The notes under the pieces are model-generated. The model had not been told where the DNA came from, did no database searches, and saw only the letters and a program-made list of their open reading frames with translations. This document shows positions 8,793 through 18,495 of a DNA stretch of 33,027 nucleotides, piece after piece. How positions within the stretch are numbered: position 1 is the first letter of the stretch; each line of letters starts with the position of its first letter. This stretch comes from Eubacteriales bacterium (lineage in GTDB: Bacteria > Bacillota > Clostridia > Oscillospirales > CAG-272). The translations under genes were made by a program, and so were the position numbers. The DNA lies in assembly GCA_045638405.1 (NCBI GenBank), contig JAZUBG010000036.1, positions 1 to 33,027 of the forward strand, read 5' to 3'.

Positions 8793-11384
8793 TCAGTCTC
8801 TTACACGAATGATTTTCACCGGATCAACACGGCATATCCTGATCATGGGTATAATAAAGGAAATAAACGCCAGTATCACCGTAAAAGCCGCGTTTTTCAG
8901 CATGATCGTACTGTCAAAGGAAATAAAATCAAGCTTTAATATCACTCTGCCCGACACAAACGTCTGTAATGACTCGGTCAGAATTCCGTTCACCGTACTA
9001 ACAAACGCCGAATATCCCACACACGTGAGTATCACCGTTAAAGCAGCAATCAGTACAACCTGAAAAACAAACACAAATCCTACCGTAGGATTTTTCATAC
9101 CTAAAGCTTTCAAGATTCCGATCTCATGCCGTTTTTCCGTTACCGTCTTCGATGCAAAGTTCATAAGCACGAATATCACACCGGCACACAGTATCAGAGC
9201 CATAAGCCTGAAAACAGGTACAAATACCTCAACCGCCTTTGACATAGTACCGAGACTGTCCGTAACGGCAAGATTTTTCTCAAAACCTTGCTCTGTTGCA
9301 ACATTGATCACACGATCAAGACCGTCTTTACCGTTAAAATACAACCCAATGGGATAAACGTGATCAGCAAGAAAGGCACTGTAAATCCCCTCACCCACAA
9401 TAAAGGTTCCGCACATATCTCGAGATCCATCTTTGAAGAGTCCAACGACCTTTACTTCCTTCTCAAACAGAGGCTCACCGTTCTGCTCAGAATACAGATA
9501 ATGTCTCAATGTAAAGGTGTGTCCCTCGAAACTGTCAAAATTCTCAACGCTATAATCCGTACCGAAAACGCGGTTATAAGTCACACAGTCCATTAGAAGT
9601 TCGTCTTCCCCAAGACTGATTCCGTAAACATCGTCGCGTCTGACCTGAGGAATATCCGTTGTAAACTTTTCTCCTCCGTCAATGCTGAGTGCATAATGCC
9701 ACACCGTATCCCATGCAGGTGAATTTTCAGCATCAGTCCTGAAATCGGGATTAAGTGAATAGCAAAAACCGTAAGAGGAGTGAACGTCATCAATAAAATC
9801 AAGAACAGATTCACTTTCAAGTAACTTTTCAGCTTCACCGAAATCAAGCTTCTCGGCAATATCAAAGTATTTCTTATACTTATCGCGATACCCCGTGTCA
9901 ATTACCGCGTTTATATATCCGCGGGTGACACAGCTGTACTCGCTTTTCGTACCCCATCTGTACTCACCGATAAGACTATCATAGTCGTGAGCATAGGATA
10001 CCTGACCGCTGTTGATTATAATATCCGCAATATAATCTGTGATTATCACCCCTGTGGGGTGGAACTCTTCCGCTTTTGCCAGATATTTGACTTTTCCAAA
10101 CTTATCTTCAAGGAACTTTTCGTCAACCACCATCGTTCCGAGTGGTTCCAGAATACCAAAGGAATCATCGAAAAAACTTGTTTTCATCCCCGCAGAGCTC
10201 TGGCTTCCGCTTATACTCGGAGCATATTTCAAAACCTCGTAAACTTCTCCGCTGTATCCTGCGTCTCTGAAAGCTCTGATGTCGTCTTCATATATCCGCG
10301 GAAAAGTATTCGCTACCTTTTTCAGTTTTTCAAGCTCACGCCTCTGACCCGCGGTGAGAGTCTTCGTCACATAGATCGAATCCGAGTCCGTCGCCGCAAG
10401 CTCGCGTCGCATAACGTCCGAAGCATCAAATTCCGCAACGGTCTGCGAAAGTGCCATGACCACCATTACCGCCGCGACCATAATACTGTATAAAACAGCT
10501 TTCATGAGATTTCCTCGCAGCATTCTGCCGCAAAGGCGTATCTTACGTGTAAAGGGCATACCTGATTTGCGAAAGGTGTGATCAGAAAGAACAGTTTCGG
10601 TCTCTCCGGTGGGAATATATTTGTTCTGCTTTTCTACCGTACTGTCTCCGTCTGACAGTTCTTCTCCTTCAAAACAGAGAAAATCACCGTCATTACCCGG
10701 ATTTTTATATTTCGGATTAATTGAACTATCAGACAGAACCTTACCTCCTGAGAGCTCAATTATACGGTCTGCAAAACGCTGTGCCGCCACGGCGTTATGA
10801 GATACCACAAAAACAAGACTTCGACGCGAGATCTCTCTCAGCAGCTCGAAAACAGCGTCTGAAGCGTCAGAATCAAGATTTCCCGTGGGCTCATCGGCAA
10901 GTATCACACCGGGGGATTTTACCAGTGCCCTGGCCACACACACTCTCTGTCTTTCTCCTCCCGATATTTCGGAAGGGTATCTGTCAGAAAGCTCCGCAAT
11001 TCCCACAGTCTCCAATGCTTCGCGTATTTTTTGAGTGTCACAGTCCCCTGCAAGTTCAAGGGCGAGTGATACGTTTTCCCACACCGTCAAGTTGTCGATA
11101 AGATGGTAATCCTGAAAAACGAATCCCACTTCTCTGTTTCTGTAGTCAGCAAGTTCGGCAGAATTATACGCTGAAATATCTCGTCCGTTGAAACAGACCT
11201 TTCCTTCACTCGGACTATCGAGACCGCCGATAATATTAAGCAGCGTGGATTTACCGCTGCCGCTTTTTCCGAGAAGAAAAACGAGTCCCGTACTCGGAAG
11301 GGTCAGACTTATTCCTTTTATTGCACCGTAACATTTTCTTTTTTTCGATCTGTAAGTTTTGGACAGATCTTTAATTTCAATCAT
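8793..11384 (-). CDS. MacB-like ABC transporter, fused ATPase and FtsX-type permease
   Basis: GKSGSGKS, ISGGERQR, ILADEPTGNLD, VSH; large extracellular loop; C-terminal EIGILKALG FtsX motif. Confidence 0.92.
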   Translation of the reverse strand: MIEIKDLSKTYRSKKRKCYGAIKGISLTLPSTGLVFLLGKSGSGKSTLLNIIGGLDSPSEGKVCFNGRDISAYNSAELADYRNREVGFVFQDYHLIDNLTVWENVSLALELAGDCDTQKIREALETVGIAELSDRYPSEISGGERQRVCVARALVKSPGVILADEPTGNLDSDASDAVFELLREISRRSLVFVVSHNAVAAQRFADRIIELSGGKVLSDSSINPKYKNPGNDGDFLCFEGEELSDGDSTVEKQNKYIPTGETETVLSDHTFRKSGMPFTRKIRLCGRMLRGNLMKAVLYSIMVAAVMVVMALSQTVAEFDASDVMRRELAATDSDSIYVTKTLTAGQRRELEKLKKVANTFPRIYEDDIRAFRDAGYSGEVYEVLKYAPSISGSQSSAGMKTSFFDDSFGILEPLGTMVVDEKFLEDKFGKVKYLAKAEEFHPTGVIITDYIADIIINSGQVSYAHDYDSLIGEYRWGTKSEYSCVTRGYINAVIDTGYRDKYKKYFDIAEKLDFGEAEKLLESESVLDFIDDVHSSYGFCYSLNPDFRTDAENSPAWDTVWHYALSIDGGEKFTTDIPQVRRDDVYGISLGEDELLMDCVTYNRVFGTDYSVENFDSFEGHTFTLRHYLYSEQNGEPLFEKEVKVVGLFKDGSRDMCGTFIVGEGIYSAFLADHVYPIGLYFNGKDGLDRVINVATEQGFEKNLAVTDSLGTMSKAVEVFVPVFRLMALILCAGVIFVLMNFASKTVTEKRHEIGILKALGMKNPTVGFVFVFQVVLIAALTVILTCVGYSAFVSTVNGILTESLQTFVSGRVILKLDFISFDSTIMLKNAAFTVILAFISFIIPMIRICRVDPVKIIRVRD

Positions 11385-11504
11385 AAAAGCAGCCTTTCCT
11401 TTCCGCGATGTAAATATCCCACCGACAAATTTATATACCCGTCACCGAATAACACAATATAATTAATTATACACCATTCGACTTAAAATTACAAGATTGC
11501 TCAC

Positions 11505-11533
11505 AAAAAACCTCACGGTCACCCGTGAGGTTT
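11505..11533 (-). terminator. Intrinsic terminator of the acyltransferase operon
   Basis: AAACCTCACGG / CCGTGAGGTTT with a T-run on the minus strand. Confidence 0.8.
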
Positions 11534-11541
11534 CGCCATTC

Positions 11542-12462
11542 TTACTTTTCTTTTCTTGTGAGGATCTTTTCACCGTCGAATACCAGGTATCCGATACCCT
11601 CTCCGGACTTTCCGCCCTCAAGGAAGTATTTTTTGAAGCTGCGTCTCATAGAGTTGTCTTCGTACCACTCCTCGAGAGGCTTCTGATAGCTCTTGCCGAA
11701 GAGTCTCCATGCATCACCGAAGTCATCTTCTTCCTCTACTTTTATAATATCCCAGTCGTCCATGAAGTCAATTGAGTTGGAGCCTTCGGGGAACGCATTC
11801 TTATACCCGGGATAGAGGAGCCATGAACCGCAGCCGCATACGAGAGCGTCTGTGCGACCGTGTTCCTTGGAGTAGAAGTCATACGCCATCTTGTAGGACT
11901 TCATTCTTGACTCATAGTCAACGGGACCGAAGTTGGAGGGAATATGGATTCCGAGACAGGGTCTGCCCACTTCGATGGTAAATCCACCGCATACACGGTT
12001 GAAGTCGTTGTCATATGTGCCGTCCTGATACTCAAAACGTCCGAATTTGATGAGCTTACACTTCATGAAAAGTCCAAACCAGAAGCCAACGAAGGTACCC
12101 CAATAACCGTAGATCTCATAGCACTCGTACGCTTTACTGCGAAGGTCAGTGAAGGTGTCCCAAATCACTTCTTCCGGAACACCGCGCTTTTCGTAAAGGT
12201 GCTTTGCTCTCTCAAGAGCAAAGAACAGCATGAGCATCCAATATGAATAAGAGTGGTTTCCTGCTCTGTCCTTGAATTCAAGGAAGATCTCGTCCATCTT
12301 GTCTGAATTGAATCTGCATTCGAAATATATGTCAACGAAAGAGTCGAACTCTTCTTCAAAGCCCTGCGCAATAACGCTGTCCGCAAGATCTCTGAAATAA
12401 ACTTTTGCGTCATCGGGGAACTCGCACTTGTCAAGGACAAGGTTCATAAACTCTAAATTCAT
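11542..12462 (-). CDS. Acyltransferase domain protein (NAT_N + GNAT-like C-terminal, DUF5596-type), paralog A
   Basis: RGVPEEVIWDTFTDL, KFGRFEY, IHIP, CGSWLL, NSMRR motifs. Confidence 0.75.
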   Translation of the reverse strand: MNLEFMNLVLDKCEFPDDAKVYFRDLADSVIAQGFEEEFDSFVDIYFECRFNSDKMDEIFLEFKDRAGNHSYSYWMLMLFFALERAKHLYEKRGVPEEVIWDTFTDLRSKAYECYEIYGYWGTFVGFWFGLFMKCKLIKFGRFEYQDGTYDNDFNRVCGGFTIEVGRPCLGIHIPSNFGPVDYESRMKSYKMAYDFYSKEHGRTDALVCGCGSWLLYPGYKNAFPEGSNSIDFMDDWDIIKVEEEDDFGDAWRLFGKSYQKPLEEWYEDNSMRRSFKKYFLEGGKSGEGIGYLVFDGEKILTRKEK

Positions 12463-12508
12463 AAAAATGCTCCTTTATGGGTAAATATGTTATAAAATTA
12501 TCGTGATA

Positions 12509-13222
12509 TTACTTTTCGGGAACAACGTCACCCTTGAGGAAGAAGGCGCTTCTTTCGGGAGCGTCCTTGGCACCGTTCCACGGCTCGTCTGTGTAACGGT
12601 AGTCGAACTTCTTACAGAACCAGCTTACGTCGTCTCTGAGAGAAGCAACGTACTCCTCCTCAGCCGCGCCTACGGTCTTATAGAATTCGGCAAACTCCTT
12701 CTTTGACATTCTCTCCTGAGCCGCCGCAAGAAAACGCACGTAATGGTCAAGGCAGAAGTGGTGCTGCGCCGCTGTCTTTTCGCGGAAAGAGGGATCGTTT
12801 TGCCAGAGGAGAGCCGCCGCTTCAACTCTCAGGTTGAAGTTGTGCTCGATCCTGTCGCATATGTAGCATCCGTCGGAAATCGCTCTTAGGCTTTTTGCCG
12901 CAGACGCGCCTGATTTTGCGGGGAAAAGTCCGCATTTCATCTCGGAGACAATGTGGTCGAGGTGACTTTCAAGCATCAAAGCGAGAGGGAGGCGTTTGCC
13001 CATGGTGAAGAGCTTTGCAAGGTGGTCGGGGCAAAATCCTGCTTCATTGGTCTTGATACGCGTATCGGGCTCCATCATGGAAGCACCGAGAATAAGGTCA
13101 AGCTCTTCCTTTTCAAGACTGTCGTACATACGGCAGAAGGGACAGATATGTACTCCTTCCTTCGATGCTTCGATAGATTCTTCAAACGCCATATTGACGG
13201 GTATTGTATAGATCTGTTCCAT
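12509..13222 (-). CDS. DUF6062-like putative zinc-binding protein
   Basis: IYTIPV start; CPFC, GFCPDH, CYIC, FCLDH; KFDYR. Confidence 0.7.
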   Translation of the reverse strand: MEQIYTIPVNMAFEESIEASKEGVHICPFCRMYDSLEKEELDLILGASMMEPDTRIKTNEAGFCPDHLAKLFTMGKRLPLALMLESHLDHIVSEMKCGLFPAKSGASAAKSLRAISDGCYICDRIEHNFNLRVEAAALLWQNDPSFREKTAAQHHFCLDHYVRFLAAAQERMSKKEFAEFYKTVGAAEEEYVASLRDDVSWFCKKFDYRYTDEPWNGAKDAPERSAFFLKGDVVPEK

Positions 13223-13318
13223 ATATTAAGTACCTTTCAGTTGTTTTTTATGATCTTGCTCAAACAGCTATTACGGTAATTCTGTCTTTATCAAATGCTA
13301 AACAGGGTAAGCGTTTTT

Positions 13319-14251
13319 TTACTTTTCACTCCAGGTGAGAACCTTCTCACCGTCAAATATCAAATATCCGTTTGCACTGCCGGGACAACCGCCGTCAAGG
13401 AAGTATTTCTTGAATCCGCGACGCATTGACGTGTCCTCGGGAAGCTCCGCGAGAGGCTTCTCTGAATCTTTTCCGAACACTCTCCAACGGTCACCGAACT
13501 CATGATATGCACCGGGTTCCTTGCTGTGAATGTTAGCGTATTCAAAATCATCCATAAAGCTGCGGGAATTGGAACCTGCGGGGAACGCTGCCTTATAGGG
13601 TGGGTACATAAGCCATGAACCGCAGTAGCAGGGAAGATAATCAGTACCGAGCTCCTTGGTGTAGAAGTCGTATGCCATCTTATATGACTTCAGTCTTGCT
13701 TCTCTGTCGAAGGGCTCACCGCTTGAGGGAATGTGCAAGCTGAGCATCTTCTTACCCTTTGTGAACGTCACGCCGCCGTAGGTTTTAGCTTCGTCTTCCC
13801 AATATTCCGCATCCTGATACTCAAGGCGTCCGAATTTAATGATACGGCAGAGATAAAAGAGTCCGTACCATCCTGCAACGAAGGTACCCCACACACCCTT
13901 GATCTCTTTACATTCAAGTGCTTTGCATCTGAGATCTGAAAACGTATCCCAGAACACCTCTTCGGGAACACCGCGCTTGTCGTAAAGGGGCTTTGCCTGC
14001 TCTACCGCAAGAATGAGCAGAAGCATCCAGTATTCATACGCTGTGTTACCTGCCTTTGCAGCAAATTCCTTCAGCTTTCCGTCTATCATGTCGCAGTGAC
14101 ACTTTGATGTGATGTATTCGTCAACGATGGAATCAAATTCAGCTTCGTAGCCTTCTGCGATGAGGCGGTCTGCAAGCTCTCTGAAAAATATACAAGCTTC
14201 CTCGGGGAAGGTGCATTTTTCGAGAACAAGATTCATAAACTTAAGATTCAC
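13319..14251 (-). CDS. Acyltransferase domain protein, paralog B (GTG start)
   Basis: Colinear and highly similar to 11542-12462 (MNL.FMNLVL.KC.FP, HIPS, CGSWL). Confidence 0.75.
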   Translation of the reverse strand: MNLKFMNLVLEKCTFPEEACIFFRELADRLIAEGYEAEFDSIVDEYITSKCHCDMIDGKLKEFAAKAGNTAYEYWMLLLILAVEQAKPLYDKRGVPEEVFWDTFSDLRCKALECKEIKGVWGTFVAGWYGLFYLCRIIKFGRLEYQDAEYWEDEAKTYGGVTFTKGKKMLSLHIPSSGEPFDREARLKSYKMAYDFYTKELGTDYLPCYCGSWLMYPPYKAAFPAGSNSRSFMDDFEYANIHSKEPGAYHEFGDRWRVFGKDSEKPLAELPEDTSMRRGFKKYFLDGGCPGSANGYLIFDGEKVLTWSEK

Positions 14252-14320
14252 GGTAAGTTCTCCTTTGAGTATTATATGTAAATTTTAAATATTCGGTTTC
14301 AATATCCCTTTCAAAGACCT

Positions 14321-14349
14321 TTGACTGCGAGGGAGTTTTGTGGTATAAT
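14321..14349 (+). promoter_or_regulatory. Sigma-A promoter of the glycosylase gene
   Basis: TTGACT-17 bp-TATAAT with TG. Confidence 0.7.
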
Positions 14350-14380
14350 AATGTCGAAAGCTTGAAACATGAGGTCTGTT

Positions 14381-15277
14381 ATGGATAAAGTATATATCGT
14401 TGACACGGGAAGAGTTGGCGGTGTGCCTTACGTTCGTCTGGGAGGCACGGGAAACTTCTCCGTATTTAAAACCTTTGACTGCGGGCAATGCTTCCGCTTT
14501 GATCCCGTCTCTGACACTGCCGACGGTGCTTACTCCGTTTCGGGAGTAGCCTTTGGACGTCACGTTACCTTCACGGAGGACAAGGACGGTATCGTGATTC
14601 TCGGCTCAGACGAAAATGATTACAAAAACATTTGGGAAAAGTATCTTTCCCTTGATGCTGACTATGGTGAGATTGACCGTATCGTTACAACCGCTCTCGA
14701 CGAAGACGGCTGCGCCGTCATGCTTCGCGCCGCTGAGGCGGGACGTGGTATCAGGATTCTCCGTCAGGAGCCGTGGGAAGCACTCTGTTCCTTTATTATA
14801 TCACAAAATAACAACATTCCGCGCATAAAAAAGATAATTTTTTCACTTTCTGAAAAATTTGGTGAAAAAACTGCGGACGGAAGAGGATTTTCCTTCCCCA
14901 CGGCACGCGCTTTGGCTGATGCGGGGGAAGAAGAACTGTTCGCGCTTAAGACGGGATTCCGCGCAAAGTACATTTACGACGCGGCGAGACGTGTCGCTGA
15001 CGGGGAGATAGATCTTGAAAGGGTAGTGAAGATGGAAAACTACGCTGATGCAGAAGCCTCTCTGATGCAGATAAAGGGCGTGGGACCGAAGGTCGCCGCC
15101 TGCGCGCTTCTCTTCGGCTTTGGCAAGACCGAGGCTTACCCCATCGACACATGGATGAAGAAGGTGACCGCCCGCCATTTCAGCACCGCTCCCGATCCGA
15201 AGCTTTTCGGCAAGGCGGCAGGTATCGCACAGCAGTACCTTTTCTACATGGAGAGATACATAAACGAGGGAAAATAA
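14381..15277 (+). CDS. ogg: 8-oxoguanine DNA glycosylase / HhH-GPD glycosylase
   Basis: TFDCGQCFRF, GIRILRQEPWE, SQNNNIPRI, HhH IKGVGPKVA, YPIDTW, AQQYLF. Alternative start at 14369. Confidence 0.88.
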   Translation: MDKVYIVDTGRVGGVPYVRLGGTGNFSVFKTFDCGQCFRFDPVSDTADGAYSVSGVAFGRHVTFTEDKDGIVILGSDENDYKNIWEKYLSLDADYGEIDRIVTTALDEDGCAVMLRAAEAGRGIRILRQEPWEALCSFIISQNNNIPRIKKIIFSLSEKFGEKTADGRGFSFPTARALADAGEEELFALKTGFRAKYIYDAARRVADGEIDLERVVKMENYADAEASLMQIKGVGPKVAACALLFGFGKTEAYPIDTWMKKVTARHFSTAPDPKLFGKAAGIAQQYLFYMERYINEGK

Positions 15278-15384
15278 AATGAAAAAAGTTCTATCATGAG
15301 CGTGACTTTTTGTGTCCGAAATGCGTCTATATTGGTAGAGATGAAAATGACCGATTTGATAAAAACGAAAGGAGAAAGACTCAA

Positions 15385-16863
15385 ATGAAGAAAACGAAAA
15401 TACTTAAACTGGCGTGCACGGTTTTAGCCGCATTGACGGTGATGCTCCCCGTATGCACCGCAGTAAACCTTCCCGATATGACAGACCCCATCGAAAGCGT
15501 GGTAAGGCTCGGCAAGTTTTCGTCAAAGATCGATCCTACCATTCCATTTGACGAAGGATGTGTGGTAGTGTACCTCGCCAAACCCGTAAGTGAGAAGTCA
15601 CCCTACAACAAGCTCACTGTAAAGGATCTTCCGTTCCTCGAACTTGAGAGTGTTGAGTACGTCCCCACACATACAGATTACAGAGCGCCGGATATATACC
15701 TTCTCAACCTAAAAAATCCCGGCAGACGCGAGGTCGCCGAGGCTATCGTTGCTCTTGAAAACAACTACGAAAACATAGCGGCAATGGACAATCTTATCGT
15801 AAACATGGTAGTCCCTTGCCCGGCTATATCTCCGAAGTACGATTATCTTGATGTCGGAGGTAAGTTTACCCGCAACGAATACAAAACAAGATATGATTTT
15901 ATTTGTCCGGAATTCGATATTAATGAGTTTTCCGTTGAGTTTTCAAAAGAGCCTGATGTCCCCCTCTCAGAATTTCCCGAAATCGTATTCCCTGAGATCA
16001 CAGCGGAAATAGACAAGGTAGCAAAATACGGAAATAACTACTACACTGTATATCTGAAATCCATGGAAGAAGTTCTTCCGTACCACGAAACGATGGAAGA
16101 ACAGCTGATGAGAGTTTATAAAGCAGTTGCTGCACTTAATCACAGGGCAGAAGACGATATTAAAAAAATCCATTTTCCTAATTTTGAATTTAACGAAGGT
16201 CAGCTTCCGTACTCGGAATGTAACGTTTATGATTATACCTGGGAAGATTGGTTCGCTTCTGCAGTCAATTACGTCATAAATTGGAATTTAATGCAGCCCG
16301 AGGTATTCCGTATCAAAGGGCCGGTCACGATAAAGAATACTTGGAACGGAGAAGAAGTGGTCTACGTAGAGAGCGATGACCTGAAGATCTATCAGCACAA
16401 CTTCTATCCCGAAATGGGCATGACGAGAGCTATGCTTGTGACAGTACTTTTCCGTATCTCAAATTACCCTTACGTAAATGCGGGTAACGTGTTCTCCGAC
16501 GTACCCGACGATCAGTGGTACTCGGAAGCTGTAAAATGGGCGTATGAGAACGACATCATCGAGGGCGTCGGTGACGAAAAATTCGCTCCCGACCGTGAGA
16601 TCACCCGAGAGGAATTCGTCACTATCATATACCGTTACCACACCGAATGGAACGACTCTCCCGTCAGATACAGGACGGATTTCACGAGATTTTCCGATTC
16701 GTCCGCAGTGTCCGACTGGGCTCACGAGGGTATGGCTTGGGCGGTAGGAAATCACCTTATCGAAGGACGTGACGGAAACCTTATCGCATCCTCATCCACT
16801 ATCACCAGAGCAGAAGCGGCAAAGATCATCATGCGCTACGACGATTACACACCTAAGGCGTGA
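15385..16863 (+). CDS. Secreted S-layer homology (SLH) domain protein
   Basis: RBS AAGGAG before ATG 15385; signal peptide; three C-terminal SLH repeats (MTRAM, ITREE, ITRAE). Confidence 0.88.
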   Translation: MKKTKILKLACTVLAALTVMLPVCTAVNLPDMTDPIESVVRLGKFSSKIDPTIPFDEGCVVVYLAKPVSEKSPYNKLTVKDLPFLELESVEYVPTHTDYRAPDIYLLNLKNPGRREVAEAIVALENNYENIAAMDNLIVNMVVPCPAISPKYDYLDVGGKFTRNEYKTRYDFICPEFDINEFSVEFSKEPDVPLSEFPEIVFPEITAEIDKVAKYGNNYYTVYLKSMEEVLPYHETMEEQLMRVYKAVAALNHRAEDDIKKIHFPNFEFNEGQLPYSECNVYDYTWEDWFASAVNYVINWNLMQPEVFRIKGPVTIKNTWNGEEVVYVESDDLKIYQHNFYPEMGMTRAMLVTVLFRISNYPYVNAGNVFSDVPDDQWYSEAVKWAYENDIIEGVGDEKFAPDREITREEFVTIIYRYHTEWNDSPVRYRTDFTRFSDSSAVSDWAHEGMAWAVGNHLIEGRDGNLIASSSTITRAEAAKIIMRYDDYTPKA

Positions 16864-16881
16864 TACTTCAGTAAAACAGCA

Positions 16882-16923
16882 AAGGCTGACCAAGTTTGAT
16901 ACACTTGGCCAGCCTTCTTTTTT
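16882..16923. terminator. Intrinsic terminator between convergent genes
   Basis: AAGGCTGACCAAGT / ACTTGGCCAGCCTT followed by a T-run. Confidence 0.75.
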
Positions 16924-17815
16924 AGTCGATGTCCTCAACCACAGTTTCGGGAGGATTGTCAAGCTGCCACGGGTCGCGGAGATAACGTCTTAGCTTTTTG
17001 AGAGCTGCAGCATAGTAAAAACCGTCACAGATTCGTTCGTCCATGTTAACGGTATACTCAACGTACTCTTTTTTCTCAGTCTCTCCCTCAGCATTCAGTT
17101 CATAGCACCTCTGTTTTGCACCGAAAGCGATGAACACGGGACAGGTACCGAAATCGTAAAGGTGATGATGCACGGGGGGAATACCGAGAGATCCCATAGA
17201 AGTTATGTACAGCGAGCAGTGGAAAGGACTTACGTTGGTAAGAAAACGGGGAAGAAGTCCCATATAATCAAGGAATCTGATGAAGTTTATAGTTCCGCGG
17301 AGTAAAATCCCGGGAATGTAATTAAGCACTTTTACTACTTTGTCAAGACCGCCCGTTTTCTGTTCACGGTAAGTGTCGATCTCGTGCTGAAGGGCGTTAT
17401 AGATGTCACCGGCAGTAGCTGTGGGATCGGTAGTTAATTTAATGACGGTATCGGGAGACTCAAGAGTCATCTCCTTCTTTATGGTGAGAGCTATCTGAAT
17501 GTCGTTGCGTGCAAAAACCTTGTACCCTGCAATAAAACGGTTTAGAGCAGGCATCTGCGATACGGTACGGACGTACGCCGCAAGCAGAACGTGCATGGTG
17601 GTGAAGTTTTTCATTCCTTCCGCTTTTTTCTCTCTCACGTACCTGTCAACTGCACTTACGTCAAATTTGTCCCTCATCTGATTGGTGGCACCTGTTCTCG
17701 TGGGCATGATACAGCAAGCAACTCTTGTGATGGGAGCTATGGAACGAAGTCGTCTTCCTTCTTTTCTGTCGCCGAGTCTGCGACGACGCCTTTTTTCTTT
17801 TATTTTTTTTGACAT
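16922..17815 (-). CDS. Stand-alone 2-oxo-acid dehydrogenase E2-like (CAT-fold) acyltransferase domain
   Basis: PALNRF, ITSMGSLG, DERICDG at the position of DHRxxDG; no lipoyl domain. ATG 17815 follows a GAGAGG RBS. Confidence 0.75.
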   Translation of the reverse strand: MSKKIKEKRRRRRLGDRKEGRRLRSIAPITRVACCIMPTRTGATNQMRDKFDVSAVDRYVREKKAEGMKNFTTMHVLLAAYVRTVSQMPALNRFIAGYKVFARNDIQIALTIKKEMTLESPDTVIKLTTDPTATAGDIYNALQHEIDTYREQKTGGLDKVVKVLNYIPGILLRGTINFIRFLDYMGLLPRFLTNVSPFHCSLYITSMGSLGIPPVHHHLYDFGTCPVFIAFGAKQRCYELNAEGETEKKEYVEYTVNMDERICDGFYYAAALKKLRRYLRDPWQLDNPPETVVEDID

Positions 17816-17948
17816 TGTGTGTCCTCTCAAACATTGAATTCTCAATAATTCATTTTAACATATATACGGCTTATTGTAAACAAATTTTGACGAAAAAAAG
17901 CGAAATTTATTTCTGAATTTTTATTTCCCACAAAAACCGTGAATGTTA

Positions 17949-17977
17949 TTGACAAAGACGGCACGAGGGGGTATAAT
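17949..17977 (+). promoter_or_regulatory. Consensus sigma-A promoter of tRNA-Leu
   Basis: TTGACA-17 bp-TATAAT. Confidence 0.85.
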
Positions 17978-18012
17978 ATATGAGTGCTTTTGAAAAGCAT
18001 TTGGGAAAATAC

Positions 18013-18097
18013 GCGGGTGTGGCGGAACTGGCAGACGCGCCAGATTTAGGATCTGGTATCCACCGCTGTGCAGGTTCAAGTCCTGTCACCCGCACCA
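18013..18097 (+). tRNA. tRNA-Leu (anticodon TAG)
   Basis: GCGGGTG/CACCCGC acceptor stem, CCAGA-TTTAGGA-TCTGG anticodon arm, long variable arm, GGTTCAAGTCC T arm, ends ACCA. Confidence 0.96.
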
Positions 18098-18194
18098 AGT
18101 CTTAATAGCTTGAACCTCTTTGCCGTTGGTAAGATGTTCGGGCTATTTTGCTTTATGGATGAGTATGAAAAATTCGACGGTTAATAAGCGCACG

Positions 18195-18223
18195 AAAGCC
18201 GCAGGCAACTCGCCTGCGGCTTT
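18195..18223. terminator. Bidirectional terminator at the island left end
   Basis: AAAGCCGCAGGC / GCCTGCGGCTTT perfect 12-bp stem. Confidence 0.8.
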
Positions 18224-18241
18224 GTGTATTCAGGTATTCCC

Positions 18242-18463
18242 TTATGCTTCTATTTCATCAAGTTTGTTTTCTTGGTTGCTTCCTCTTTTCTCGGTACTGT
18301 CAGCACCCTGTTTTTTACGAGCTTTCCATTCTGCATAGTCTCGTTTTCCTTCTTCGGATGCAAGATACTCCTGCATAATCGGCAGCAGTATCCGTGCCAA
18401 AGATTCCATTTCATATTCGGGGATACCTAAATCATTGCGAGGAATTTTCTTCTTTCTCGGCAT
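18242..18463 (-). CDS. Small helical protein (73 aa), candidate recombination directionality factor
   Basis: RBS GAAAGGA before ATG 18463 (MPRKKK...LARILLPIMQEYLASEEGKRDYAEWK); directly downstream of the tyrosine recombinase gene. Function is inferred from position. Confidence 0.65.
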   Translation of the reverse strand: MPRKKKIPRNDLGIPEYEMESLARILLPIMQEYLASEEGKRDYAEWKARKKQGADSTEKRGSNQENKLDEIEA

Positions 18464-18495
18464 GATATAGTTATCCTTTCGTTTTTTAGTTATGA

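Noticed and set aside
15310-15384. Extended N-terminus of the SLH ORF
   Set aside because: RBS and signal peptide point to ATG 15385.
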